Assembly: GCA_041389965.1 (NCBI GenBank)
Contig: JAWKQV010000015.1
Coordinates: 111,041-175,040 of the forward strand
Length of the DNA stretch: 64,000 nucleotides
Reading direction: 5' to 3'
From: Kofleriaceae bacterium
GTDB lineage: Bacteria > Myxococcota_A > Polyangia > Haliangiales > Haliangiaceae
Shown: piece after piece, positions 19,711-29,080 of the stretch
Layout: each line of letters begins with the position of its first letter
Numbering within the stretch: position 1 is the first letter of the stretch
Notes under the pieces: generated by a model
What the model was told of the DNA's origin: nothing
Databases searched by the model: none
The model's input: the letters and a program-made list of their open reading frames with translations, nothing else
Position numbers and translations under genes: made by a program

Positions 19711-21705
19711 GTGCGCTGCGCGGTCGTGACCTGCGTGCTGGTCGGGCTCGCCGCCTGCGCGCCGCCGCCGCGGCCGCTGGCGCCGTTGCCGAGCGCCGCC
19801 TACGCCCACTACCTGCGCGGCCGCGCCGCGTTCTTCGAGGGCGACTACCGGCTGGCCATCCCCGAGCTCGAGCTGGCCCGCGCCGCGGCGCCCGATCAGG
19901 CCGGCATCGTCATCGCCCTGGCCCAGGCCCAGGCGCGCGATGGCCGCGCCGAGGCTGCGCGCGCGACCATCGCCGCCGCGGTGGCGCGCTTCCCGGGCTC
20001 CCCCGAGGCGTGGCTGGCCGCCGGCGAGCTGCACGCGCAGCAGCGGCGCCCGGCTGCCGCCGTCGCGGCGTTCGCGCGCGCGCGGGCCCTCGATCCCGCC
20101 CTGGTGCCGGCGTACCTGGGGCTGGCGGCGGCCCAGACCCAGGCCGGCGATCCGGCGGCAGCGGAGCGGACCTACCGCTCGCTCGTGGCCCAGGTGCCCG
20201 ACCGCCCCGAGGGTCACTGGCAGCTCGCGCAGCGGGCGCTGGCGGCCGGCGCCGACGCCGCTGCCGAGCCCCACCTGATCCGCGTGGTCGAGCTCGACCG
20301 CGATCACCTCGAGGCGCGCCGCGCGCTGGCTGCGCTCGACGCCCGCACCGGCCGCTTGCCGGCGGCCATCGCCGAGGCCCAGGCGGCCTTCGGTCGCAGC
20401 GGCGCCGATCTGGCCGTCGGCGAGGATCTGTTCTGGCTGTACCTCGAGGCCGGCGACCGGCCGGCCGCCCTGGCGGTGCTCGAACCCTACGGCGGCGGCG
20501 ACCGGCTCGACGACCGGCTGCGCGTGGCGGCGCTGTGGGCCGCCGTCGGCGAGGTCGACCAGGCGCGGGCGATCGTCGTCGGCGCGGCGCGAGATGGCGC
20601 CGGGGCCGCCGGCGCGCGGGTCGCGGCCGAGGCGGCGCTGGCGGCGGGGCGGCTGGCCGAGGCGATCGCCACCGCGGACGGCGCGGCGGCTGGCGCCAGC
20701 CGCGACGACCGGGTCGGGCTGACGGCGGTGGCGGCCTGGGCCGAGCTGGCCGACGGCGCGCGGCGGGCCGACGCGGTGGCGGCGCGGCTCCGCCAGGCGC
20801 TGGCCCAGGCCCCCACGGCGCCTGCCCTGGTCGAGCTCGAGGCCGAGCGGCTGCGGCGGACCGGGGCGGTCGCCCAGGGTCGGGCGGTGCTGGTCGCCGC
20901 GGTGCGCCGCCAGCCACGCTCGTCGGCGCTGGTGCTGGCCTGGGCCGACTTCGAGCGTCGCGCCGGCGACCTGGCGCGGGCCCGCGCGCTCCTCGACAAG
21001 GTGCTGGCCGCCACCCCGGCGGAGCCCGAGGTCCAGGCCCGCGCCGCCGCGGTGCGGGTCGAGGCCGGGGTCGAGCTGGCCCGGGCCGGGGCGCTGCTCC
21101 TCGCGGCCCGTCGGCAGGCGCCGGGCGACCCGACGATCCTCGACGGGTGGGGCTGGTTCCGTCGGGCCATCGGCGATCGCGCCGGGGCCCAGCGCGCGAT
21201 CGGGCGCGCGCTGCTGATCGCCCCGCTCGATCCGGTGATCCTCGATCACGCCGCCACCCTGGCCCTGGAGCGCGGCCAGCGCGCCACCGCGGCGCGCTTG
21301 TGGACCCGCGCGCTGGCGGTGCCGACGCCGCCCGAGCTGGCCGCCCGCGTGCGCGCGCAGCTGGCCCCGATCGGCGCGACCCCGTGTTACCTTGACCCGA
21401 CCATGACGATGACCTGGCTGGCCCGTTTCGCCGTCGGCAGCGTGTTCGTCACCGCGGCGTGCGCGAAGACCCCGAGCAAGGGCGACTGCGAGAAGCTGCT
21501 GTCCCACCTGATCGACCTCGAGGCCAAGGCGGGCGGCGCCGACAAGCAGCCCAAGGCCGAGCTCGACAAGCAGAAGCAGGCCATCTCCGACTACGCGGTG
21601 GGCCAGAAGTTCATCGAGAACTGCACCCAGAAGACGCCGCGCAAGGTGGTCGCCTGCGGCCTGGCCGCCCAGGACGCCGACGCGGTCGCCGCGTGTGACA
21701 AGTAG
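19711..21705 (+). CDS. TPR-repeat lipoprotein (Ala-rich); C-terminal ~100 aa resemble an independent small lipoprotein
   Basis: GTG start with MRCAVVTCVLVGLAACAPP (lipobox), then many Ala-rich TPR-like repeats. An in-frame internal sequence MTMTWLARFAVGSVFVTAACAKTP at 21402 looks like a second lipoprotein signal followed by a Lys-rich domain. No stop separates the two. Confidence 0.55.
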   Translation: MRCAVVTCVLVGLAACAPPPRPLAPLPSAAYAHYLRGRAAFFEGDYRLAIPELELARAAAPDQAGIVIALAQAQARDGRAEAARATIAAAVARFPGSPEAWLAAGELHAQQRRPAAAVAAFARARALDPALVPAYLGLAAAQTQAGDPAAAERTYRSLVAQVPDRPEGHWQLAQRALAAGADAAAEPHLIRVVELDRDHLEARRALAALDARTGRLPAAIAEAQAAFGRSGADLAVGEDLFWLYLEAGDRPAALAVLEPYGGGDRLDDRLRVAALWAAVGEVDQARAIVVGAARDGAGAAGARVAAEAALAAGRLAEAIATADGAAAGASRDDRVGLTAVAAWAELADGARRADAVAARLRQALAQAPTAPALVELEAERLRRTGAVAQGRAVLVAAVRRQPRSSALVLAWADFERRAGDLARARALLDKVLAATPAEPEVQARAAAVRVEAGVELARAGALLLAARRQAPGDPTILDGWGWFRRAIGDRAGAQRAIGRALLIAPLDPVILDHAATLALERGQRATAARLWTRALAVPTPPELAARVRAQLAPIGATPCYLDPTMTMTWLARFAVGSVFVTAACAKTPSKGDCEKLLSHLIDLEAKAGGADKQPKAELDKQKQAISDYAVGQKFIENCTQKTPRKVVACGLAAQDADAVAACDK

Positions 21706-21756
21706 CGGCGTGTGACAGTAGCGGCGTGTGACACGTAGCGGCGGGGCGTCGGGCCG

Positions 21757-22815
21757 CTACGCCGGCGCGCGCAGCGGCGGGGCGGCGAGCGCGCAGGCCG
21801 CGGCCGCTTGCCCGATGGCCGCGCTGGCGGTGACGCCGTGGCCGCCGAGCCCGGCCACCCACAGCCACCACGGGCGGTCCGGGTCGAGCGCGATGAGCGG
21901 CAGCCCGCCGTCGGCGTACGTGCGCTGACAGGCCCAGGCCCGCTCGATCGGCACCGCGGCCAAGGTCGCCGGCAGCCGGGCCCGCAGCCGCACGCGCACC
22001 TCGGGATCGACGGTGACGTCGCCGGGCGCGGTCGCGTCGTGGTCGCACGCGCTGGCCATGACGCCGCCCGGCGCCGGCCGCACGTACCACTCGCCGGCGT
22101 CGACGTGCCACACGATCGGCGCGTCGTCGACGGTGAGCCGCAGGGAGAACAGGTGGCGGCGCCGGGCGGTGAAGGCACCGGCCACGCCGGCCAGCGCGCC
22201 CAGCGCTCCCGACCACGCGCCGCCGGCGGCGATCACCAGCGCGGCGGACAGCGGGCCGCGCGCGGTGGCCAGGTGGGCCCGGTCGCCGTCGTGGCGGATC
22301 GCGGTCACGCCGGCGTCGCACAGGTAGCGCACCCCGCGCCGGCGCCCGCCGTCGACGTAGCCGGCGGTGAGCGCGTCGAGATCGATGCAGCCGTCGTCGG
22401 GGAACCACAGCCCGCCGTGGTCGACCTCGAGGCCGGGCCACCGGGCCGCCACCTCGGCCGCGGTCACCGGGACGCACCGCAGCTGGTGCCGGGCCGCCAG
22501 CGCGGCCAGCGCCGCCGGGGCCTGGGTCAGCAAGATCGCGCCGCGGTCGTCGACCAGCGGGCGGGGCGAGAAGCCGGTCGGCGGTTGGCGCAGCCAGCGG
22601 GCGCCGGCGCTGGTCCAGGCGGTCCAGGCGTCGTCCTCGGCCAGGGCCCGGCACATCGCCGCGTTGTGGCTCGACGCGTGGGCGGCCAGCCGCGACTCCC
22701 GCTCGAGGACCACCACGTCGCGGCAGCCGGCCTCGGCCAGCGCCCACGCCGTGGCCAGGCCGGCGAAGCCGCCGCCGACGATGGCGACGCGGGCGTGGGG
22801 CGGGAGGTCATCCAC
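21757..22815 (-). CDS. FAD-dependent oxidoreductase (DAO / glycine-oxidase-like family)
   Basis: GTG start at residue 237 of ORF 21757..23523 gives MDDLPPHARVAIVGGGFAGLATAWALAEAG (Rossmann GxGxxG). The upstream 236 aa of the ORF are antisense junk to the LTD gene. Confidence 0.6.
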   Translation of the reverse strand: MDDLPPHARVAIVGGGFAGLATAWALAEAGCRDVVVLERESRLAAHASSHNAAMCRALAEDDAWTAWTSAGARWLRQPPTGFSPRPLVDDRGAILLTQAPAALAALAARHQLRCVPVTAAEVAARWPGLEVDHGGLWFPDDGCIDLDALTAGYVDGGRRRGVRYLCDAGVTAIRHDGDRAHLATARGPLSAALVIAAGGAWSGALGALAGVAGAFTARRRHLFSLRLTVDDAPIVWHVDAGEWYVRPAPGGVMASACDHDATAPGDVTVDPEVRVRLRARLPATLAAVPIERAWACQRTYADGGLPLIALDPDRPWWLWVAGLGGHGVTASAAIGQAAAACALAAPPLRAPA

Positions 22816-22932
22816 GGGCGCGGCTTTACCGCGGACGATCGCCCACGGCAACGCCCGGGCGACATCGCCGCGGCGGCGCTGCGGCAACCCAGGCGTTGAA
22901 CCGGGGCGGCCGGCACCGTACAGTGACCCGCA

Positions 22933-23535
22933 GTGCAAAGGCGCCTCCTCGTGTTCGCCCTGGCCAGCCTCGCGAGCGCCTGCGTCGCCGAGGTCGAGCC
23001 CGAGATCTGTCCTGCGGTCGGGGCCGGCGACCTGGTGGTGTCGGAGCTGCGCGGCAACCAGAGCGGCACCTACGGCGAGTGGATCGAGCTGTACAACCAC
23101 GGCGCCCAGGCCATCGACCTGCGCGGCCTGCACCTCGAGGTCCGCGCCCTCGACGGCAGCGGTCTGGTCACCATCCTGGTGCGCCGGCCGCTCACCGTGG
23201 CCGCCGGCGACTACGTGGTGCTCGGCGCGTTCCCCGACGACCAGCGGCCGGCCCACGTCGACTACGGCTGGCACCCCGACGTGCTCAACTCCGACGGCAG
23301 CATCAAGCACCTGCCCGACGCCGGCGCGCTGGCGGTCACCGCGTGCGGCGCCGTGGTCGACCGCGTGGTGTGGAACGACCTGCCGTCCGATGGCACCTAC
23401 GCGCTGGGCCTGATGCCGCCCGACGCCACCGGCAACGACGCGGCCACCGCCTGGTGCACCGACGCCGTCGACGACGATCCCACCGCCCCCGGCCTGCCCG
23501 GCACCCCTGGCGCGAGCAACCACCCATGCCCATGA
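22933..23535 (+). CDS. Lamin-tail-domain (LTD) lipoprotein
   Basis: Lipoprotein signal VQRRLLVFALASLASAC. LTD signature GEWIELYNHGAQAIDLRGLHLEV, ending ...GTPGASNHPCP. Confidence 0.7.
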   Translation: MQRRLLVFALASLASACVAEVEPEICPAVGAGDLVVSELRGNQSGTYGEWIELYNHGAQAIDLRGLHLEVRALDGSGLVTILVRRPLTVAAGDYVVLGAFPDDQRPAHVDYGWHPDVLNSDGSIKHLPDAGALAVTACGAVVDRVVWNDLPSDGTYALGLMPPDATGNDAATAWCTDAVDDDPTAPGLPGTPGASNHPCP

Positions 23536-24620
23536 TCACCCGCCCCGCGCACCCGCCCGGACGCCTCCGCCCGCTGGTCGCCGCCCTGGCGCTGACCTTC
23601 GTCGCGTGCCAGCCCCCCGGCGCCGCGCGCTACAGCCGGGCCCAGGCCCAGTCCTCGCTCAAGAAGCTCAGCGCCCCCGGCGTGGTGCTGGGCGAGTTCC
23701 ACCTGACCAAGGTGGTCGACGGCGACACCATCCGGGTCGACGGACTCGACAGCTCGCTGCGCCTGCTGGGCATCGACACCGAGGAGACGTTCAAGAACGA
23801 CGCCGATCGGCGCGGCGCCGAGGGCGACTTCCTCGCCTACCTGGCGGACAAGCGCCACGGCGGCAAGCACCCGGTCAAGGCCGCCACCCCGCTGGGCGAG
23901 GACGCCAAGCACTTCGCCATGGCGTTTTTCGGCGAGCACCAGAAGGTCCGCATCGAGCGCGACATCCCCCAGGAGATCCGCGACCGCTACGACCGCTACC
24001 TGGCCTACGTGTTCGTCGAGAAGGGCGGCAGGTGGGTCAACTACAACGTCGAGTGCGTGCGGGCCGGCATGTCGCCGTACTTCACCAAGTACGGTTTCTC
24101 GCAGCGCTTCCACGCCGACTTCCTGGCCGCCGAGGCCGAGGCCAAGGCCGCCGGGATCGGGATCTGGGATCCCACCAAGCAGCACTACCCGGACTACGCC
24201 GAGCGCGCGCCGTGGTGGAACGCCCGCGGCGAATTCTTGGCCCGGTTCCAGCCCCAGATCGATCACGACCCCGACTTCATCGTGCTCACCCACTGGGACT
24301 CGATGAAGAAGATCGAGGACCGGCTCGGCAAGGAGGTCGCCATCCTGGCCACCGTCGGTGACGTCAAGCTGGGCGATCGCGGGCCGACCAAGGTCATGCT
24401 GTCGCGCAAGCAGCGCGGCGACTTCCCGCTGGTGTTCTTCGACAAGGACGTGTTCGCCAGCTCGGGCATCGCCGACTGGAAGGGCGAGTTCGTCGTCGCC
24501 AAGGGCGTCGTGACGACGTATGTCAACAAGTACACGAAACGGAAACAATTCCAGATCGTCGTCGATCGCCCGGGCCAGATCATCCTATCTCCGATCCCTG
24601 GGCTGACGCTGCCGCAGTGA
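23526..24620 (+). CDS. Thermonuclease (staphylococcal-nuclease/SNase-like) lipoprotein with C-terminal extension
   Basis: ATG at 23526 overlaps the LTD gene end and is in frame with ORF 22896..24620. N-terminus MPMITRPAHPPGRLRPLVAALALTFVAC (lipobox). SNase motifs: KVVDGDTIRVDGLDSSLRLLGIDTEE. Confidence 0.75.
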   Translation: MPMITRPAHPPGRLRPLVAALALTFVACQPPGAARYSRAQAQSSLKKLSAPGVVLGEFHLTKVVDGDTIRVDGLDSSLRLLGIDTEETFKNDADRRGAEGDFLAYLADKRHGGKHPVKAATPLGEDAKHFAMAFFGEHQKVRIERDIPQEIRDRYDRYLAYVFVEKGGRWVNYNVECVRAGMSPYFTKYGFSQRFHADFLAAEAEAKAAGIGIWDPTKQHYPDYAERAPWWNARGEFLARFQPQIDHDPDFIVLTHWDSMKKIEDRLGKEVAILATVGDVKLGDRGPTKVMLSRKQRGDFPLVFFDKDVFASSGIADWKGEFVVAKGVVTTYVNKYTKRKQFQIVVDRPGQIILSPIPGLTLPQ

Positions 24621-24654
24621 CCACGGTCATCGCCACCGGGCCCGGGTCCGTGCG

Positions 24655-26391
24655 ATGATTCCGGCCATGCGTCGTCTCGCCTGGTCTCGCTCGCGCTTCC
24701 TCCTCGCCGCGCTGGTCCTGGGAGGCGGCGGCGCCTGCGGCCCCAGCGATCCCGCCCCGACCTGCGACGGGCTGGTGGCTGGCTCGCTGGTGATCTCCGA
24801 GATCCAGGCCGACTACGACGCGCCCACCGGGGCCAGCGGGGCCGACACCGGCCACGAGTGGTTCGAGCTGTACAACGCGTCGTCGGCGCCGATCGAGCTC
24901 GAGGGCGTCGTCCTCGAGCACATGCGCCCCAGCGAGGTGGTCGGCAAGACCCACACCATGGGCCCGGTGTCGATCCCGGCCGGTGGTTACCTGGTCCTGG
25001 GCAACGTCATCACCGAGACCGCGCCGGCCTACGTCGACTACGGCTACGGCGCCGACCTGGGCGACCTGTTCAACACCAACGGCGGCAAGCTGCGGGTGTC
25101 GTGCGGCGGCGCGGTCGTCGACGAGGCCATCTACGACAGCGTCTCGCCCGGCCACACCCGCCAGCTCGACGGCAAGCAGGCGCCCGACTACCTGACCAAC
25201 GACTCCCAGACCGCCTGGTGCGACGCGGCCGAGGTCGCCGCCGACGAGTACGACCCGGCCAACTTCGGCACGCCGGGCGCCGCCAACCAGGAGTGCATGA
25301 ACGTCATCCCTGGCCAGTGCGACGACAACGGCACGCCGCGGCCGACGGTGGCGCCGGTCCCGGGCGACCTGGTCATCACCGAGGTGATGCCAGATCCGGC
25401 GGCGGTGGGCGACGCCACCGGGGAGTGGATCGAGGTGCTGGTCAACCGCGACGTCGACCTCAACGACGTCGGCGTGGCCACCGCGACCGGCACCCCGGTG
25501 CTGGTGTCGTCGTCGACCTGCGTGCGGGCCACCGCCGGCACCTACCTGGTGTTCGCCCGGTCGGCCGATCCGGCCATGAACGGCGGCCTGCCCCGGGTCG
25601 ATGGGACCACCGTCGCCCTGGCCAACACTGGCGGCGCCGTGCGCCTGGTCATGGGCGCCACCGAGCTCGACTCGATCGCCTGGCCCAGCGCGCGCAGCGG
25701 CAAGTCCATCCAGCTGTCGGCCGGCCTGTCGACGCCGGCCGACAACGACGTCGCCACCAACCTGTGCGACGGCGCGGCCGCCTACGGCGCCGGCGACCTC
25801 GGCAGCCCCGGCGCCGCCAACCGCGACTGCGGCGCCACCATGGCCAACATGTGCCTCGACGCCGGCACCGGCCAGATGCGCCCCATCGTCAAGCCCACCG
25901 CCGGCCAGCTGGTCATCAACGAGTGGATGCCGGACCCGATGCACGTCGGTGACACCGCCGGCGAGTGGTTCGAGGTGAAGGCCCTCGCCGACGTCGACCT
26001 CAACGGCCTCCAGGCCGGCGGCGCTTCGCTGGGCGCGACGCCGATCGTCCCGGCCAGCGGCGCCTGTGTGCCCCTGGCGACCGGTGGCCTGGCTGTGTTC
26101 GCCCGCGCCGCCGTGGCCAATGGTCTGCCGCCCATGGTCACCCTGGCCGGGACCTTCAGCTTCGGGTTGACCAACGGTCCGTCGAGCTTCCAGATCGGCA
26201 TCGACAACACCAACCTGTCGACCGCGACCTGGGCGGCGACCTCCACGCCTGGCGCGTCGTGGATGCTGGACACCGACGGTACGCAATGCACGGCGGCCGC
26301 GGCGGGCGTGACGGCGTACGCGAACGGGGCCATGCCTGGCTCCGACCGTGGCTCGCCGGGGGCGGTGAACAGCCCGCCCGAGTGCCCGTGA
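24655..26391 (+). CDS. Lipoprotein with three tandem lamin-tail domains (LTD x3)
   Basis: Lipoprotein signal LLAALVLGGGGAC. The three LTD cores are GHEWFELYNASSAPIELEGVVL, GEWIEVLVNRDVDLNDVGV and GEWFEVKALADVDLNGLQ, each followed by ...GSPGA(A/V)N..C. Confidence 0.75.
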   Translation: MIPAMRRLAWSRSRFLLAALVLGGGGACGPSDPAPTCDGLVAGSLVISEIQADYDAPTGASGADTGHEWFELYNASSAPIELEGVVLEHMRPSEVVGKTHTMGPVSIPAGGYLVLGNVITETAPAYVDYGYGADLGDLFNTNGGKLRVSCGGAVVDEAIYDSVSPGHTRQLDGKQAPDYLTNDSQTAWCDAAEVAADEYDPANFGTPGAANQECMNVIPGQCDDNGTPRPTVAPVPGDLVITEVMPDPAAVGDATGEWIEVLVNRDVDLNDVGVATATGTPVLVSSSTCVRATAGTYLVFARSADPAMNGGLPRVDGTTVALANTGGAVRLVMGATELDSIAWPSARSGKSIQLSAGLSTPADNDVATNLCDGAAAYGAGDLGSPGAANRDCGATMANMCLDAGTGQMRPIVKPTAGQLVINEWMPDPMHVGDTAGEWFEVKALADVDLNGLQAGGASLGATPIVPASGACVPLATGGLAVFARAAVANGLPPMVTLAGTFSFGLTNGPSSFQIGIDNTNLSTATWAATSTPGASWMLDTDGTQCTAAAAGVTAYANGAMPGSDRGSPGAVNSPPECP

Positions 26392-26876
26392 ACCTCGTCT
26401 GGCGCGCGGCAGCGGTGGTTGTCGTCGCGGCCACCGCGGCGTGTGGTAGCCCGGCCCCGACCTGCGGGCCGTCGTCGGGCGTGGTGGCGCGCGTGATCGA
26501 CGGTGACACCATCGACCTGGCCTCGGGAGAGCGCGTCCGCTACCTGCTCATCGACACCCCGGAGTCGACCAACGGCGCCACCGACTGCTACGGCGTCAAC
26601 GCGGCCCAGGCCAACCACGACCTGGTGCTGGGCAAGACCGTCGACCTGGTCTACGACGACGCCCAGTGCACCGACCGGTTCGGGCGCCTGCTGGCCTACG
26701 TCTCGGTCGACGGGGTCGAGGTCAACTCGCTCCTGGTCGAGCGGGGCTACGCCTGCTTCCTGTACATCCCGCCGGCCGGCACCGACCGCGAGCTGGAGTT
26801 CGAGAACCTCGAGCTCGCGGCCCGGACCTCGGGCCGCGGCATGTGGTCTGCTTGCGCGGTGGTGACATGCGACTAG
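26388..26876 (+). CDS. Thermonuclease (SNase-like) lipoprotein, second copy
   Basis: GTG at 26388 overlaps the upstream TGA and is in frame with the tail of ORF 25965..26876. N-terminus VNLVWRAAAVVVVAATAAC (lipobox). SNase motifs: VIDGDTIDLASGERVRYLLIDTPE. Confidence 0.7.
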   Translation: MNLVWRAAAVVVVAATAACGSPAPTCGPSSGVVARVIDGDTIDLASGERVRYLLIDTPESTNGATDCYGVNAAQANHDLVLGKTVDLVYDDAQCTDRFGRLLAYVSVDGVEVNSLLVERGYACFLYIPPAGTDRELEFENLELAARTSGRGMWSACAVVTCD

Positions 26877-29053
26877 TCCGTCTGCTGACGACCTGCACCG
26901 TCCTGGCCGCGCTGGCGGCGCCCGCGCTGGCGGCGCCCTACGAGGCCTTCATCGACGTCGAGACCCAGGAGGATCTCGACGACCTGTTGGCCAGCGGCGA
27001 GATCTCATCGGACACCTACGACGCGCTCACCGAGCTGCTGGGCCGCGGCGTCGATCTCGATCGCGCCACCCGCGAGGACCTCTACGCGCTGCCCAACCTC
27101 ACCTACGGCGAGGTCGACGCCATCTTGGCCTACCGCGAGCTGCAGAGGTTCGTGGCCAACCCGATCGATCTGGTCGCGGCCGGCGCGCTGTCCGAGCAGA
27201 AGCTCTTGGCCATCTCGGCGTTCTTGGTGGTCGGCGATCGTAGCCGTGGCGAGTACGCGCCGCGCGGCTGGGTGCGCGCCAACCTGCGCGCCGCCCAGGG
27301 CGACGATCGGCCGCCGCCGGTCGGCGTGCGGGCCCGGGTCATGCTCGGGCGCCGCATCACGGTGGGCGCCGCCGCCACCGACACCCGGCTGCGGCTGGGC
27401 CAGGTGGCGTGGGATCCCAACCGCGACGGGCTGGTGGTCGACGACGTCCACACCTCGCTCCACGTGCCCAAGCTGTTCGCGCGCTACCGCGGCGACACCG
27501 TCGACGTCATCGCCGGCACCTACCGGGTCGGTTTCGGCGAGCGCCTGACCTTCGACAACAGCAACGACTACACGCCCGACGGCATCTACTTCGACGACCA
27601 GCTGCACTACACGCCCGACCTGGCCCTGGCCTGCCGCGAGTCGACCGGCGAGCTGGCCGGCTCGCCGTGCAGCGGCGCGTTCGACTACGTCACGCCGGAC
27701 AACAAGTGGAGCGACGGGCTGACCGGCGTCGCCGCCGGCTCGAGCCACATCAGCGTCGGCGGCGGCTACCTGCAGGCCTACGGCTGGGGCAGCTACCAGC
27801 CCAAGAGCCTGTACCAGTACCAGCTGCTCGACCGCGCCGCCTGCGCCGACCCCTACGACGCCACCGATCCGGCCTGCGCCGCGCCGCCGGTGTTCGTGCG
27901 GCCGACCGGCGGCGACGCGCTGGCGCCGGCCGCCGCGGCGTCCTACCAGACGCTTCCCAACATGTACGCCGAGTCGCTGGTCGGCGGCCACCTGGCGTTC
28001 CACGCCGCCCGCCGCGACTACGTCGGGGTGACCGCCTACGGCGCGACCACCCGGTGGCTGGCCGCGGTGCCGCCCGACGTGCGGCTCGACTTCCAGGACT
28101 GGGCCCGGACGCCCATCGGCGGCCGCTACGGCGCCATCGGCGTCAACGCCAGCCTCGGCCGGGGCATCTACGACGCCACCGTCGAGGTGACCCGCAGCTT
28201 CGATCGTTCGCCCGACCGCACCGGCGCCATCGACGGCGGCGGCGGCTTCGGCGCGATCGCCCGGTTCACCCGGTCGGTGCGCAAGCGCGAGCTGGAGCTG
28301 TCGGCGCGTTACTACGACGCCAACTTCGACAACCCCTACGCCGGGCCGATCGCCGCCGACGACATCGTCGACGGGGTGCGGGCCCGCGGCGAGCACGGGG
28401 TCCGGGCCCGCTACACCGGCGTCCACGGCGTCGCCACCATCCGCGCCTCGCTCGATCTGTGGCGGGCCTACGTGCCCGAGCTCGACGGCTATCTGGCGCG
28501 GATCGACACCTACGCCCACCTCGACGTCCAGGGCTCGGACCAGCTCCGCTACGGCCTGTGGCTCGACTTCGCCGACAAGGACCTGGGCCAGAACGGGCTC
28601 GGCGAGTGCTACAGCATCCTCGTCGAGGACAACCAGCTGGCCAAGCAGTACGCCTGCCGCGGCATGCGGCTCAAGACCACGGCGCGGGTGCGCTACCAGC
28701 CGGCGCGGCGCCTGAGCCTGTTCGGCCAGGTCCAGCACGCCTGGCTCGACGACGCGCGCTACGACAGCAAGCGCCGGAGCGATCTGTCCGCCACCGTCGA
28801 GGCCACCTGGCGACAGGCCGACGACCTGCGGCTCAAGGCCCGGGCCCGCTACCTGTTCCAGGACGTCTCGGACAACACCTACCTCGAGCAATCGATCTGG
28901 GTCTACGGCGAGGCGGTCAAGCGCCTGCGCGAGAAGGACGCGCTCACCGTCCGCCTCGACCTGTTCACGTGGCTCGACGACCGCACCCGCACCGGCCTGC
29001 GCAGCCCGTCACCCGAGCTGCGCGGCCTGCTCGGCTACGTCGCGAAGTTCTGA
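26867..29053 (+). CDS. Outer-membrane beta-barrel-like protein with N-terminal ComEA-like helix-hairpin-helix DNA-binding motifs
   Basis: ATG at 26867 (MRLVRLLTTCTVLAALAAPALAAP, signal peptide) is in frame with ORF 26666..29053. HhH motif: ATREDLYALPNLTYGEVDAILAYRE. The long alternating amphipathic beta-strand-like C-terminal region ends in Phe (...LLGYVAKF), typical of OMPs. Confidence 0.55.
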   Translation: MRLVRLLTTCTVLAALAAPALAAPYEAFIDVETQEDLDDLLASGEISSDTYDALTELLGRGVDLDRATREDLYALPNLTYGEVDAILAYRELQRFVANPIDLVAAGALSEQKLLAISAFLVVGDRSRGEYAPRGWVRANLRAAQGDDRPPPVGVRARVMLGRRITVGAAATDTRLRLGQVAWDPNRDGLVVDDVHTSLHVPKLFARYRGDTVDVIAGTYRVGFGERLTFDNSNDYTPDGIYFDDQLHYTPDLALACRESTGELAGSPCSGAFDYVTPDNKWSDGLTGVAAGSSHISVGGGYLQAYGWGSYQPKSLYQYQLLDRAACADPYDATDPACAAPPVFVRPTGGDALAPAAAASYQTLPNMYAESLVGGHLAFHAARRDYVGVTAYGATTRWLAAVPPDVRLDFQDWARTPIGGRYGAIGVNASLGRGIYDATVEVTRSFDRSPDRTGAIDGGGGFGAIARFTRSVRKRELELSARYYDANFDNPYAGPIAADDIVDGVRARGEHGVRARYTGVHGVATIRASLDLWRAYVPELDGYLARIDTYAHLDVQGSDQLRYGLWLDFADKDLGQNGLGECYSILVEDNQLAKQYACRGMRLKTTARVRYQPARRLSLFGQVQHAWLDDARYDSKRRSDLSATVEATWRQADDLRLKARARYLFQDVSDNTYLEQSIWVYGEAVKRLREKDALTVRLDLFTWLDDRTRTGLRSPSPELRGLLGYVAKF

Positions 29054-29080
29054 CCGGGCGCCGCGCGGGCGTGGCCCGGA

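Noticed and set aside
19659-21507. Pair of >570-aa ORFs (19659..21395 + and 19675..21507 -) overlapping the TPR lipoprotein gene
   Set aside because: Both are poly-Arg/Gly/Pro. The TPR frame has a lipoprotein signal and repeat structure.
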